A DNA stretch of 64,000 nt from Elusimicrobiota bacterium. Lineage in GTDB: Bacteria; Elusimicrobiota; Elusimicrobia; UBA1565; UBA9628. Location: contig DAIDHS010000010.1 of the NCBI GenBank assembly GCA_027451985.1, forward strand, positions 196 to 64,195. Direction: 5' to 3'. The notes beneath the pieces were generated by a model. That model did no database searches. It was not told where the DNA came from and saw only the letters and a list, made by a program, of their open reading frames with translations. A program made the position numbers and the translations under genes. Positions 45,610 through 55,766 of the stretch are shown here, piece by piece (the first letter of the stretch is position 1; each line of letters starts with the position of its first letter).

Positions 45610-46848
45610 CTATTTGGCGGGCAAATCCATCCGGCGCAGATCTCCCGACCATAGCGTCGCCGCGGCAGCCGTGACGAGCGTTACGGCGCCGCCCAAGAGG
45701 ACGCTGGGCACCGTGCCCATGAGCTGGGCTAGAAGCCCGGATTCGAAGGCGCCCAGCTCATTGGACACGCTGATGAAAATAGAGTTGACCGCCGAGATGC
45801 GGCCGCGCATGTCGTCAGGCGAGTGGATTTGAATCATAACCGAGCGGATGACCATGCTTATGGAATCGAGCGCGCCGCCGGCCGCCAAAAAAGCTGCGGA
45901 TAGAATGAAGCTTGTCGAAAGAGCGAAGCCGAGGATGGTCAGACCGAAGCCCGCGACGACGGCTAAAAGGACGGCTCCGGCGTTGCGCTGGATGGGCTTC
46001 TTGACGAGCCAAGCGCTGGCCGCGAGAGCTCCCACGGCAGGCGCGGCACGCAGCCATCCCAATCCCGCGGGACCGACATGGAGGATGTCCTTGGCAAAGA
46101 CGGGCAGGAGCGCGGTGACGCCTCCAAAGAGAACCGCGAACATGTCGAGTGAGAGGGCGGGCAACAGAAGCGTGTGCCCGAAAACGAAACGCAGGCCCGC
46201 CAGCGCGGCGCTGCCAGTGCTTTCCTTGTTAGCGGTCGCGTAGGAGGGAGCGGCGGCCGGAGCCGTGATGGGCGCGATGAGGACCAAGCCTGCGGCCAAG
46301 AGCGCCGCGTCCACCGCGTGCGGCGCTCGCCCGCCCAGCCAGGCAAAGAGCAGTCCGCCCGCTAGAGGGCCCGCGATGGCGGCCGTGTGGATGGCGGAGA
46401 CCGTCCAGGCCGAGGATTCGTGGTAGAGTTCGCGGCCGACCAGCCGCGCGATGAGGGTTCCGCGGGCTGGCATGGCGAATCCTGCGCCCACGCCGCTGAC
46501 GAAGCTGGCCGCGTAAATCCAGGCCACGCGCGCTCCGGTGGAGAGCCCGAAGCCCCCACCCGAAACGGCGGCGAGAATCAGGGCGGAGACGATGCTTAAG
46601 CGCAGGACCCAGCGGTAGATTCCCATGGGTTCGGTGCGGTCGACGATGTGTCCCGCGAAGAGCGCCAACACGATGGCCGGAACGGCCTGCACCAGCCCGA
46701 TGATGCCCAGGGCGAGCTTGGAGCCGGTCAGTACGTAAATCTGCCAGCCCACGACCAGGGCCTGGATTTGCTGGGAGAACTCGTAGAGCAGTCCGGCCTG
46801 GGTGAAGAGGAGGAAATTGCGGCGTCCGGCGGCAGCATTCGCGCTCAT
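45610..46848 (-). CDS. MFS transporter
   Basis: GWQIY.LTGS, AGHIVDR, LDMFAVLFGG, MRGRISAVNS. Confidence 0.9.
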   Translation of the reverse strand: MSANAAAGRRNFLLFTQAGLLYEFSQQIQALVVGWQIYVLTGSKLALGIIGLVQAVPAIVLALFAGHIVDRTEPMGIYRWVLRLSIVSALILAAVSGGGFGLSTGARVAWIYAASFVSGVGAGFAMPARGTLIARLVGRELYHESSAWTVSAIHTAAIAGPLAGGLLFAWLGGRAPHAVDAALLAAGLVLIAPITAPAAAPSYATANKESTGSAALAGLRFVFGHTLLLPALSLDMFAVLFGGVTALLPVFAKDILHVGPAGLGWLRAAPAVGALAASAWLVKKPIQRNAGAVLLAVVAGFGLTILGFALSTSFILSAAFLAAGGALDSISMVIRSVMIQIHSPDDMRGRISAVNSIFISVSNELGAFESGLLAQLMGTVPSVLLGGAVTLVTAAAATLWSGDLRRMDLPAK

Positions 46849-46962
46849 GCAACGGCGAGTTTAGCAAATCAGCCCGGAGGGGATTGGAGTAAAACGGGCT
46901 TAAATTGGTATAAGAGAAGCGAGATGCCCGCTAGGGCGCGACAACCACGGAGGAATTTTAAA

Positions 46963-48075
46963 ATGATCATCGGAGTTCCCAAAGAAATCAAGAACAGAGA
47001 GCATCGCGTCGGCCTCGTCCCGGGGGGCGTCAAGGCGCTCATCAAAGACGGGCACAAGGTTCTTATTGAGAAAAACGCCGGGGTCGGTTCCGGCATTACG
47101 GACGCCGAGTACAAGGATGCGGGGGCCAAGATCATCCCGGACAAGCAGGACCTGTTCGACCAATCCGAGATGATCATCAAGGTCAAGGAGCCCTTGGCCG
47201 AGGAGTTCGAATATTTTCACGAGGGCCAGGTCCTTTACACCTACCTGCACTTGGCCGCGGTGCCGGAACTGGTGCGCTTTTTGCAGAAGAAGAAAATCAA
47301 GGCGGTGGCCTATGAGACCATCCAGAAGGACGACGGCAGCCTGCCGCTCTTGACGCCCATGAGCGAGGTCGCCGGCAAAATGTCGGTGCAGCTGGGCGCT
47401 CAGTTTTTGGAGAAGCACTACGGCGGTCGCGGCATCCTTTTGGGTGGCGTGCCGGGCACCGTGCGCGGCGTAGTTACCATTATCGGCGGCGGCGTGGTCG
47501 GCATCAACGCGGCTAAAATCGCGGTGGGCATGGGCGCGCGTGTGAACATCCTCGATATTTCCGCCTCGCGGTTGGCTTATTTGGACGACGTTTTCGGCAA
47601 TGCGGTCACCACGCTCATGAGCCACGAAGAGAACATCACCGCCTCTGTGGTGGGCGCGGACTTGGTCATCGGCGGAGTCCTCATTCCTGGCGCCAAGGCC
47701 CCCAAGCTCGTCACCGAGGCCATGGTCAAGAAGATGCGCCCCGGCTCAGTTATCGTAGACGTGGCCGTGGACCAGGGCGGATGCGTCGAGACCTGCGAGG
47801 TCACCAGCCACGACAAGCCCGTGGTGGTCAAGCACGGCGTGCTGCACTACGCGGTACCCAATATCCCCGGCGCGGTGCCTTACACCTCTACCTACGCGCT
47901 GACCAACGTGACGCTCAAGTACGCGCGCGACATCGCGAAGCTGGGTCTTGAGGCCGCCATCCGGCGCGACCAATCCTTGGCGCGCGGCGTCAACATCTAC
48001 GGCGGCAACATCACCTGCGACGCGGTGGGCAAGGCCGTGGGAGAAAAGACCAAAGAACTCGCGGCGCTGCTTTAA
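46963..48075 (+). CDS. ald: Alanine dehydrogenase
   Basis: [40 protein letters not shown]; GGAGG RBS. Confidence 0.96.
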   Translation: MIIGVPKEIKNREHRVGLVPGGVKALIKDGHKVLIEKNAGVGSGITDAEYKDAGAKIIPDKQDLFDQSEMIIKVKEPLAEEFEYFHEGQVLYTYLHLAAVPELVRFLQKKKIKAVAYETIQKDDGSLPLLTPMSEVAGKMSVQLGAQFLEKHYGGRGILLGGVPGTVRGVVTIIGGGVVGINAAKIAVGMGARVNILDISASRLAYLDDVFGNAVTTLMSHEENITASVVGADLVIGGVLIPGAKAPKLVTEAMVKKMRPGSVIVDVAVDQGGCVETCEVTSHDKPVVVKHGVLHYAVPNIPGAVPYTSTYALTNVTLKYARDIAKLGLEAAIRRDQSLARGVNIYGGNITCDAVGKAVGEKTKELAALL

Positions 48076-48080
48076 CGGCC

Positions 48081-48881
48081 TCAATCGCCGGAGCGGGGTT
48101 CAATCGGGGCGAGGTAAAAATCGACCTTTAGCGGGCGTGCCCCCAAACCTTGGAGCGGATAGGGCCCAAGGAGCGAACCGTTGAGGGAGCGGATGATGCG
48201 CCGCCGTTCATCGAGCGGCATGCCCATCACACCCTCGGTCTGGGGATCGAGATAAGACCGGGCGTATCCTTTGCTGAGGATGCGGACTGCGTAGGCGGCG
48301 CCTCCGCTTAAGAAGGGGACGCGCAGTCCGTAACGTCCGTTTGCGTCGGTCTTGGTTCGAAAGCTGTGTTTTATGTTCTGCGAGGAGAAGATGAGTTCCG
48401 CCGCGGGCACGGGTCTAAGGCTCTCCAAATTAAAAACCGTGCCTTCGAAAATCCACCCCGAGCGTTGCGTCGGTCCTCTCCTAGGCGTGATGACGGTCAC
48501 GGCGTCTCCCTCGTCGCCTCCGCTGTAGATGTCTTTGGGCTTGAGATACGTGGTCCGGGTGTGGACGCCATCCCATGGATAGGCTCCGGGCCTTGGCTGG
48601 CCGGCGCTGCTGGGCTGGGAGGCGCCGCCTGAAAGGCCGAAAAGATCGTTTCCCGCGACGGTGGCGCTGCCGTAGCGCAGCACGAAGCTCAAGGCGTTCC
48701 AGCCGCCCCAACCCAAGGCTAAAAGCGCCGCCAGCCACACCGCCAGCTTAACGAAAGAGGGGATTCGGGAAGCTCGTGCCCGCTCCGCGTCTTCGTCAGA
48801 TTCAAAAGACATGGGGCAATAAGGACAAACTGTGGTGCCCGGCGGCACCGGTTTTTTACAAGCGGGACAGCGTTCGGGCAT
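48081..48881 (-). CDS. Zinc-ribbon + single TM + carboxypeptidase-regulatory-like beta domain protein
   Basis: CPAC...CPYC, one TM helix, GTV..LE..PV..AE...TDANGRY. Confidence 0.65.
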   Translation of the reverse strand: MPERCPACKKPVPPGTTVCPYCPMSFESDEDAERARASRIPSFVKLAVWLAALLALGWGGWNALSFVLRYGSATVAGNDLFGLSGGASQPSSAGQPRPGAYPWDGVHTRTTYLKPKDIYSGGDEGDAVTVITPRRGPTQRSGWIFEGTVFNLESLRPVPAAELIFSSQNIKHSFRTKTDANGRYGLRVPFLSGGAAYAVRILSKGYARSYLDPQTEGVMGMPLDERRRIIRSLNGSLLGPYPLQGLGARPLKVDFYLAPIEPRSGD

Positions 48882-48891
48882 AGGTGTTCTT

Positions 48892-49566
48892 TCAGCGAGC
48901 GCCCAGCTTTTCGATCATGAGCTGCGCCAAGCGGCGGTAGCCGGCGTCGGTCGTGGTTGCGAGGATGTCGCGATAGAGGGCGACGGCTTCCCGTTTTTTT
49001 CCGATTTGCGCGTTGAGGAAGGCGGCCATGCTTTTGAGGAACGTGGGGCAATCCTTTGAGGCGAGAACCGGCGCGAGGAATTTGAGGATTTGCTCCGTGT
49101 CGGCGCGGTTCCTCCGGTTTTTGACGCCCACGGCCGCCAGGAGCGCATGGAAGCGGACGCTGCCCGGATTAAGCGCGATGGCCTCGTTCAAGAGTTCGAC
49201 GGCTTCATTGGTCCTCTTCAGATTGAAGGCCAACGAGCCCGCCGAATAAATCACGGCGTATTCAAAATGAGGATCCAGATTGAGGATTTGTCGGGCGCGG
49301 GGTAGGATTTCCGGATAATCGCCGCCGCCGTTCTCAACGACATTTTCCGGCAGACCCGCTTGAGGCGTCCCGTAGTAAAGCATAAGGTGTATGAAGCCCA
49401 GGTCCGCCGCATCGCGGCGCATGCCCAAGCTCAGGAATCCTGCGTCCGAGAGAACATCGTTTTCTGCGGAAACGATGCGGACATCAATGGGCGGAGGCGG
49501 GGGCAGAACTTGACGTGTGGCGCCGTTTAAGGCCGCGCAGGCGGCCAGGGCCCACAGGAGTTCCAT
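48892..49566 (-). CDS. TPR-like protein coupled to an ABC module (PilG/XapA-like)
   Basis: AADL.FI....YYG, LDPHF..A, helical repeats. Confidence 0.6.
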   Translation of the reverse strand: MELLWALAACAALNGATRQVLPPPPPIDVRIVSAENDVLSDAGFLSLGMRRDAADLGFIHLMLYYGTPQAGLPENVVENGGGDYPEILPRARQILNLDPHFEYAVIYSAGSLAFNLKRTNEAVELLNEAIALNPGSVRFHALLAAVGVKNRRNRADTEQILKFLAPVLASKDCPTFLKSMAAFLNAQIGKKREAVALYRDILATTTDAGYRRLAQLMIEKLGAR

Positions 49567-49567
49567 G

Positions 49568-50323
49568 CTAGAGTTCGCGGCGCGAGAAAAGCCTGGCCGC
49601 GCAGGTCAGCCAGATTCCTGAGTAAATGGCGCAGTAGGAGCCCCAGAGCGCCAGGGGCGGGACGGCCGTGGAGGCCAGGTTGTCGCGCCAGTTCAAGAGC
49701 CCGAGGTTGGGGATGACATAGGAAACGGCTTTCAAAAACCAGATCGCGGATCCGGGAGTCCGCCCAGCTAGGAATCGGATTTCCGGGATGAAGTGGCCGA
49801 GAGTCCATAGGATCCCGGAGATAAGCAATGCCGTCAGTGCCGAACTGAAGAACAAAGACAAAAACAATGCGACGCTCGTGGTGACGAAGATCGCCAGGAA
49901 GGATCCGAGCAGGGCCCAAAGATAGGCGCCGTTCCACGCCCAGCCTTTGCAGAGAAGGAGCGCGACGTGGAACGCCGCCATGAGGCACATGGCGGCCAGG
50001 ACCGAGGCCATCAGGCCGGCAAAACGGCCCAGAAGGTAGTGCGCTCTGGCGATGGGCCTGGTAAGAGCCAGGTAAACCGTTTTGCTTTCAATTTCGCCCA
50101 GCAAACCCGTGGCTGCGCCATAGACGGCCACCGCAAGGCCTGCGAGTTCTATGAGACTTAAGCCGAAATCCAGAAGGATGCGGACTTGCTGCTCCTGCGC
50201 AAGAATGCCCAAGAGCATTCCAGTGTAGACCAAGACCACGCCGAAGATGATGCAGATGGCGAAAAACCGGCTGCGGGCGTTTTCCCAAAAGGAATTCCAA
50301 GCGACCAGCGCCGTATTTTTCAT
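49568..50323 (-). CDS. ABC transporter permease (PilI-like)
   Basis: A.NSF.E..R.R, DFGL, EIE.KTVY..LTRPI.R..YLLG.F.G, F..REL. Confidence 0.85.
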   Translation of the reverse strand: MKNTALVAWNSFWENARSRFFAICIIFGVVLVYTGMLLGILAQEQQVRILLDFGLSLIELAGLAVAVYGAATGLLGEIESKTVYLALTRPIARAHYLLGRFAGLMASVLAAMCLMAAFHVALLLCKGWAWNGAYLWALLGSFLAIFVTTSVALFLSLFFSSALTALLISGILWTLGHFIPEIRFLAGRTPGSAIWFLKAVSYVIPNLGLLNWRDNLASTAVPPLALWGSYCAIYSGIWLTCAARLFSRREL

Positions 50324-51090
50324 GGCCGCACCGTTTCCACGAAGAGCCCTTCAAGGCCTCCGGGTGAATTGCGCCAATCCTTCTGTTCCAGCAGCCTGAT
50401 GAGCCGGCCTTCCTTCATGATGCCGACTCGGTCGCAGAGTTTTTCCACTTCCGAAATGCCGTGCGAGGAGATGAGCAGGGTCTTGCCCTGATCTCTGAGT
50501 CCAGCGAGCAAATCCCGTATGTCCTTAATGGCCAAGGGATCGAGCCCGCTGGAGGGCTCGTCTAGGATGAGCAGGTCGGGCTCGTGTAGGATGGCTTGGG
50601 CTAGGCCTAGGCGCTGAACCATGCCTTTGGACATTTCCTTGATGCGGGTTTTTCGGGCGGCTGCCAGCCCTACGTCAACTAAGGTGTCGGTGATTTTTTG
50701 TTCCAGGGCGCCGGACGCGAGTCCTGAGAGTAGTCCGTAAAAGCGGAGGCACTCCTCGGTCGTCGCGAAAGCGGGAAAGCACGGCAGTTCGGGCAGGTAA
50801 CCGACGCGCGCGCAGACGCCGAGACTGCCGGGAGTCTTCATAAAGACGGCGGCGTCCCCGTGCGTCGGCCGGATGAGACCCAGGATGAGCTTGAAGGTCG
50901 TGGTTTTCCCGCTGCCATTCAACCCCAGAAGGCCGAAGGCCTCGCCGGGGAATATCTCCAAGTTCAAGCCCTCGACGCCGCGCGACTCTCGGGAACGGAT
51001 AAAGCCGGGGCGGCGGTAAATCTTGGTCACCGCCCGCAGAACGACGGGCGCCGCTTTCCCGCCGGAGTCAACGCCGGAGCCGTGCTTCAT
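50320..51090 (-). CDS. ABC transporter ATP-binding protein (PilH-like)
   Basis: GLNGSGKTT, VGYLPE, SKGMVQRLGLAQA, LILDEP; TGCTACAAT upstream. Confidence 0.9.
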   Translation of the reverse strand: MKHGSGVDSGGKAAPVVLRAVTKIYRRPGFIRSRESRGVEGLNLEIFPGEAFGLLGLNGSGKTTTFKLILGLIRPTHGDAAVFMKTPGSLGVCARVGYLPELPCFPAFATTEECLRFYGLLSGLASGALEQKITDTLVDVGLAAARKTRIKEMSKGMVQRLGLAQAILHEPDLLILDEPSSGLDPLAIKDIRDLLAGLRDQGKTLLISSHGISEVEKLCDRVGIMKEGRLIRLLEQKDWRNSPGGLEGLFVETVRP

Positions 51091-51177
51091 TCTTTTTCCG
51101 GACCTATTGTAGCACAAGCGCCCGCAGGCTTTTCCCAGTAAATTGCCAAGAAGGAAAAAAACGGGTTTAATCGATGA

Positions 51178-52842
51178 ATGCTCAGGTATTTTAAGCGCAG
51201 CATCAAAGCACAAATCGGCGCGAGTTTCGGCCTTGCCGCCATTTTCCTGATCATCCTGGGAGCCCTGGCGGTCTGGAGTTCCTTTAAGCTTACAGATACA
51301 GAAAAATGGGTATCCCACACCCACAACGCCATGGGTGCCATTAACGATTTTAATGTCAGTTTGGAAGAAGCGATAGACGCTCAAAGGTACTACATCTTTA
51401 CGGGAAAGGATAAGTATTTCCGACGCTATCGCGCTTTGGCCCGGCTTATTCCAGGGCGCATCGACTTTTTAAGTATTCTGGCTTCGGACAATGCCGTTCA
51501 GCGTCATCGGATTGCCGCCCTAAGACGCGCGGTTTCCTTGCGGATCGCCGCAGCCGATAGGACCGTGGCACTTCGCCGGGCCAAGGGAGAGCAGGCTGCG
51601 GCCAGGCATATCGCTCGCGGCGCAGGCGAAAATAACATGGCGGAAATTCGGAGAATACTGGCGGCCATGGAACTGGAAGAAAGAGGCCTGCTCTTGATTC
51701 GGGGCCGCGACGCCGCCGAGTTCGGAACCGTCGCCGAGCTTGTCGCCCTTCTGGGAGGCTTCGCCGCCATCGCCATGCTGTTGGCCGCCGTTCTGGTCAT
51801 TCTGCGAAGCTTCGACCGGCTGAGGGAAATTCAGGAGGAACGGGACCGCTTCTTCAATACGTCTGCGGACATGCTCTGCATCTTGGGCGTGGACGGGAGG
51901 TTCCGTCAGCTCAACCCTTCCTGGGAAAAGACGCTGGGATTTCCTCCCGAGGCGCTGCGGGGCAAATCTTTGCTGGACATCGCTCATCCCGATGATCGCG
52001 ATGCCGCGGCCAAAGTGGTGGCGAAGCTGGCGCAGGGGCGCTCTCTCGACGGTTTTGAGAACCGCTGCCGGCGCAATGACGGCGGCGTGGTCTGGCTGCG
52101 CTGGAGTGCGGCCGAGGCGAAACAAGAACTTGTTTACGCAGGCGCGCGGGACGTTACGGCCCAAAAAAATGCCGAACGGATGCGGGACGAAGTCATCTCC
52201 ATGGTCAGCCATGAATTGCGGAACCCTCTGACCGTCATCCACAGCTCGTTCGTGCTCATCGAGCGCGCCGCGCAGAGCCTTCCGCAAGAGATTCGCGAGC
52301 TTTTGAGCATGGCGCAGATTAATACGAACCGGATGCTGCGGCTTATCGAAGATTTCTTGGACATGAAGAAAATGGAGTACGGCCAGCTGGAATTCGACAT
52401 GGAATCGGCGGCCATATCTGAATTGCTCCAAGAGGCCGTTTCCTCGCACCAAGCCTACGCGCAGAGCCGCAGCGTCGGCCTCTCTTTGTCCTCTCCCCAA
52501 AACGGAATCCGCGTGAAAGTCGATCGGGCCCGCGTTCATCAGGTTCTAGCCAACCTCATTTCCAACGCGATCAAGCATTCTCCCAAGGGCGCCGCGGTCG
52601 AAATCCTTGCAGAGCCTGCTGGGGCGTCCGTCAAAATTTCGATCCGGGATCGCGGGCCTGGAATTCCGGAAAATTTTAGGGATCGCGTGTTCCAAAAATT
52701 CGCCCAGGCGGGTTCTGCGGTGGGTGGCACGGGCTTGGGCCTGAGCGTGGCCAAAGCCATCGTGGAGCGCCTGGGAGGGAGCATCAGCTTTGAAACTTCT
52801 TCGGCCGGGACGACTTTTTATTTTACTCTGCCGACGGTTTGA
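51178..52842 (+). CDS. Sensor histidine kinase (CHASE3 - PAS - HisKA - HATPase)
   Basis: WVSHT...QRYYIFTG (CHASE3), NPSWEKTLG..HPDD (PAS), SHELRNPL, NLISNAIK, DRGPG, GTGLGL. Confidence 0.93.
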   Translation: MLRYFKRSIKAQIGASFGLAAIFLIILGALAVWSSFKLTDTEKWVSHTHNAMGAINDFNVSLEEAIDAQRYYIFTGKDKYFRRYRALARLIPGRIDFLSILASDNAVQRHRIAALRRAVSLRIAAADRTVALRRAKGEQAAARHIARGAGENNMAEIRRILAAMELEERGLLLIRGRDAAEFGTVAELVALLGGFAAIAMLLAAVLVILRSFDRLREIQEERDRFFNTSADMLCILGVDGRFRQLNPSWEKTLGFPPEALRGKSLLDIAHPDDRDAAAKVVAKLAQGRSLDGFENRCRRNDGGVVWLRWSAAEAKQELVYAGARDVTAQKNAERMRDEVISMVSHELRNPLTVIHSSFVLIERAAQSLPQEIRELLSMAQINTNRMLRLIEDFLDMKKMEYGQLEFDMESAAISELLQEAVSSHQAYAQSRSVGLSLSSPQNGIRVKVDRARVHQVLANLISNAIKHSPKGAAVEILAEPAGASVKISIRDRGPGIPENFRDRVFQKFAQAGSAVGGTGLGLSVAKAIVERLGGSISFETSSAGTTFYFTLPTV

Positions 52843-52875
52843 CTTCACTCGTTTCTTATGCTTGAATCGTCCCTC

Positions 52876-53715
52876 ATGAAGCGTTTCTTTCGGGCTTTTA
52901 CGCCGGCGGCCCTGATTCTTTTTGGCGCCGGGTGCACCTACTACAGCGTCAATCCTCAGGGTGTTCCCAGCGTGCCGCGCGAGGCTTCTGCCCTGCCGCT
53001 GAGCGTGGGCATCGCTTGGACTCCGCCGCAGAAATGGAAAGCGTATCCGTTCCTCGCGATGAGTCCCATGGCCGACGACGAGTACGGTAACTGCAAAGCA
53101 ACGGGAATCCCGAAAGACGTGTGTGATGAAAGATATAAGGAATGGATTGCAAACGAGCATTGGAATCCGAATCACCATCGCTTCGGAGAGATTTTCGCCA
53201 AAAAGCTCAAAGAGGCTCATTTATTCCAGAACGTCATTTTTCCCGTTTCCCCGAGCCTGGCGGCGAGAGCGCCGGTCGATTTGATGATTCGCGTGGAGCC
53301 GGTTCAAGAATCTTTCCTTTCCCAAGATTTGGGCATGGAGCTTTTTATTCCGCTGACGGTTCCTCTCTGCGATCCTTTTTTAATCGGTTGCCCATTGGTC
53401 ACCACCACCGACACCTTCGGCACCTCAGTTCGCGTGACGGTGACAGATCGCGCTGGGCGAGAGCTTAAGAGTTATACGGAACAGGAGAAAGTAGATACAG
53501 TTTTCCCTGACTTCAACGCTCCGCCGCTTCCCGGCGCGGCGGACAAGGACGCCTCGGGCGAATCGGACGAGCGCTTGGCCGCCGATTTGGTGGGAGCTTT
53601 GGCCGGGGATAAATCGTATTTCGCGGGACTTGGCGGCGGAGCGGTCTCTCACGCTACGCCCGAGTCCGCTCCGGCTGCGCCGGCGGGAGGGCCTGCGCCT
53701 TGGTGGCAGCAATGA
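52876..53715 (+). CDS. Lipoprotein of unknown function with Pro/Ala linker and PWWQQ tail
   Basis: MKRFF...LILFGAGC lipobox. Confidence 0.7.
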   Translation: MKRFFRAFTPAALILFGAGCTYYSVNPQGVPSVPREASALPLSVGIAWTPPQKWKAYPFLAMSPMADDEYGNCKATGIPKDVCDERYKEWIANEHWNPNHHRFGEIFAKKLKEAHLFQNVIFPVSPSLAARAPVDLMIRVEPVQESFLSQDLGMELFIPLTVPLCDPFLIGCPLVTTTDTFGTSVRVTVTDRAGRELKSYTEQEKVDTVFPDFNAPPLPGAADKDASGESDERLAADLVGALAGDKSYFAGLGGGAVSHATPESAPAAPAGGPAPWWQQ

Positions 53716-54455
53716 GGGGCTTGAGTTTGACGATTCCCCGCATCGCACTGGGAGCGGTCTGTTGTTGTGTGCTTTTTTCCGGCTGCACGACTCTCAGCCA
53801 TGACGTCCGGGTCGGTGATGAAGTGACGATCAAGCAGAAACTTGATTCGGGAGAAAACGTCAATTCACCCGATGAGGACGTTGGAACGCCGGGCGATTCC
53901 TCAATCCTCGCGATGGTGCCCAGCGCCGTGGCCCAGAATGACGGCAACGTGCCGCTGCATTGGGCCGCGCTTAACGGATACGCGGATATAGCCCAGCTTT
54001 TGATTAAACATGGCGCGCAGGTCAACGTGCAGAACGGGGGAAAAGACACGCCCTTGCATTGGGCGGCCTTGGGCGGGCATGCCGATCTCGCCCGAATCCT
54101 TATTAATGCCGGAGCGGACGTCAATGCCCAGGACGACTCTTTGGACACTCCGTTGCACTTCGCGTCCGATGTGGGCTCTCTTGACACGGTCAGCGCGCTT
54201 TTGTCCGCGGGCGCTGACCCCAACATGCGGGATGCTTACGGATTCTTGCCCTCCGATTATGCGTGCGCGGAATGGGATTTGTCGTCACCCTGTCCCAAGG
54301 CCAAAATTCTTGAGGCTCTTCAAAATGCTCCGGTCAGGCCGACATCTGGCAACGGTTCTGGGCTTCAAGGGGAAAACTCGATGGCTCCCGTCCCGGCGCC
54401 CGCCGCTGCTCCGGCGAATAACGCCCAGCCTCAGAGTCCGTGGTGGCAGCACTAA
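53712..54455 (+). CDS. Ankyrin-repeat lipoprotein with PWWQH tail
   Basis: LFSGC lipobox; three PLH.AA..G....LL..GA.VN repeats; ATGA overlap. Confidence 0.85.
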   Translation: MRGLSLTIPRIALGAVCCCVLFSGCTTLSHDVRVGDEVTIKQKLDSGENVNSPDEDVGTPGDSSILAMVPSAVAQNDGNVPLHWAALNGYADIAQLLIKHGAQVNVQNGGKDTPLHWAALGGHADLARILINAGADVNAQDDSLDTPLHFASDVGSLDTVSALLSAGADPNMRDAYGFLPSDYACAEWDLSSPCPKAKILEALQNAPVRPTSGNGSGLQGENSMAPVPAPAAAPANNAQPQSPWWQH

Positions 54456-54458
54456 GCC

Positions 54459-55766
54459 ATGAATAAAAGCGGTCCGCGAATTTTTCTGCCCGCGCTGCTT
54501 GCTGGCCTGCTTCTTTCCGGGTGTGCCCTCAACCAGGATTTCCAGAAAGCCCAGGTTGAAAACAGCCTGCAGGGCTGGGCTGAATTTACTCAGAAGTATC
54601 CCGTGGCGAACCATCCCAATTGCGACGAGTGCAAAATCGCGCAGCAAAACTACGAGGCGGCCTTGGCCTCGCAGAAGGCGCAATGGAGTCAGGTCAGCGA
54701 AGAAGACACCCCTGCCGCATACCTCCGTTTTTTAAACGCGAACTCTCCGGATAATTCTCATTACGCCGAGGCGCGGGAAAAAGCTCTTTCGGAGCTTGAG
54801 GAAGGCCGCGGAACCAGCCAGGACTATGCGAGATACTTGTCTCTTTATCCGGAAGAGCCTGCTGCATCCCAACTGCGGCGAGTTCTCTCCAAGTTGCGCT
54901 ATAAAAAAGCCCTGGACTCTGGATCTTCTGCGGCTGAAACTCTTTTTGTGGAGGAGTATCCGGGTACATCCCTGGGAAAGGAAATGGGGCGCCATCTGGA
55001 AAGCGCCGAATTTAAGAACGCACGCCAGTTGGACACGCGGCTCGCGTACGAATTTTTCCTCAAACGCTTTCCCTCGGCGCCCCAGCGCGCCGAGGCCGAA
55101 GCCGCCCTGTCCAGCCTGCCGGCGGCCGTCCGATTGGTCGATGACGGCGCGGATTTGAGCCTGCTTCCCAGGCTGCGTGAGGCATCGCCGGCTTTGCGCG
55201 GCCTTGAATGCTCGTCTCTCTTTAGGACGTTGATGGAACGCGCGGGCAATCCCTACGGCGCCATGGCCGAGGGTATCCGGAGCGAATTTTTTGCCGGAAA
55301 TCAATCGAGTGGTGGTCTTCCGGTAATTTGCGCGGATACCAAGATGATTGTCCCTGGAGAGAACCGTGTGCTGGTGTCCTCCGCGCTCAAGGCCTTGGCC
55401 CGACTGGCGCAGCGGGAACAGACTTTTTCCCAGAGCATCTCCAATCCGTCCGTCACGGTGGACAAGGCCAAGGAGATCGGGAAAAGCGCCGATATCCTCG
55501 CCCAACAGGCCGAATCTTTTGATCTAGAGATGCAGGCGTTTTACGGCTATATGCCGGCAGATCCGGACAAGCCCTCGGAAAAAGCCTCAAAAGACGCGAA
55601 GGAGGCAGAGCGGCGGGCCAAGCGGGCTTTCGAAATCGCCAGCCTTAATGAGAATAATTTTAAAAATACGGGGGCGGGCGCCGTGCTTTCCCTCATGGAG
55701 CGCCAAGCGGATCTGCTGACCCGAATCATCGCTTTTTACGAAAGACCTGAGAGGACGGCGCAGTGA
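54459..55766 (+). CDS. Lipoprotein with repeated helical (A)Y..(F/Y)L..(Y/F)P motifs
   Basis: LLLSGC lipobox; WAEFTQKYP, YLRFLNANSP, YARYLSLYP, FVEEYP, YEFFLKRFP. Confidence 0.7.
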   Translation: MNKSGPRIFLPALLAGLLLSGCALNQDFQKAQVENSLQGWAEFTQKYPVANHPNCDECKIAQQNYEAALASQKAQWSQVSEEDTPAAYLRFLNANSPDNSHYAEAREKALSELEEGRGTSQDYARYLSLYPEEPAASQLRRVLSKLRYKKALDSGSSAAETLFVEEYPGTSLGKEMGRHLESAEFKNARQLDTRLAYEFFLKRFPSAPQRAEAEAALSSLPAAVRLVDDGADLSLLPRLREASPALRGLECSSLFRTLMERAGNPYGAMAEGIRSEFFAGNQSSGGLPVICADTKMIVPGENRVLVSSALKALARLAQREQTFSQSISNPSVTVDKAKEIGKSADILAQQAESFDLEMQAFYGYMPADPDKPSEKASKDAKEAERRAKRAFEIASLNENNFKNTGAGAVLSLMERQADLLTRIIAFYERPERTAQ

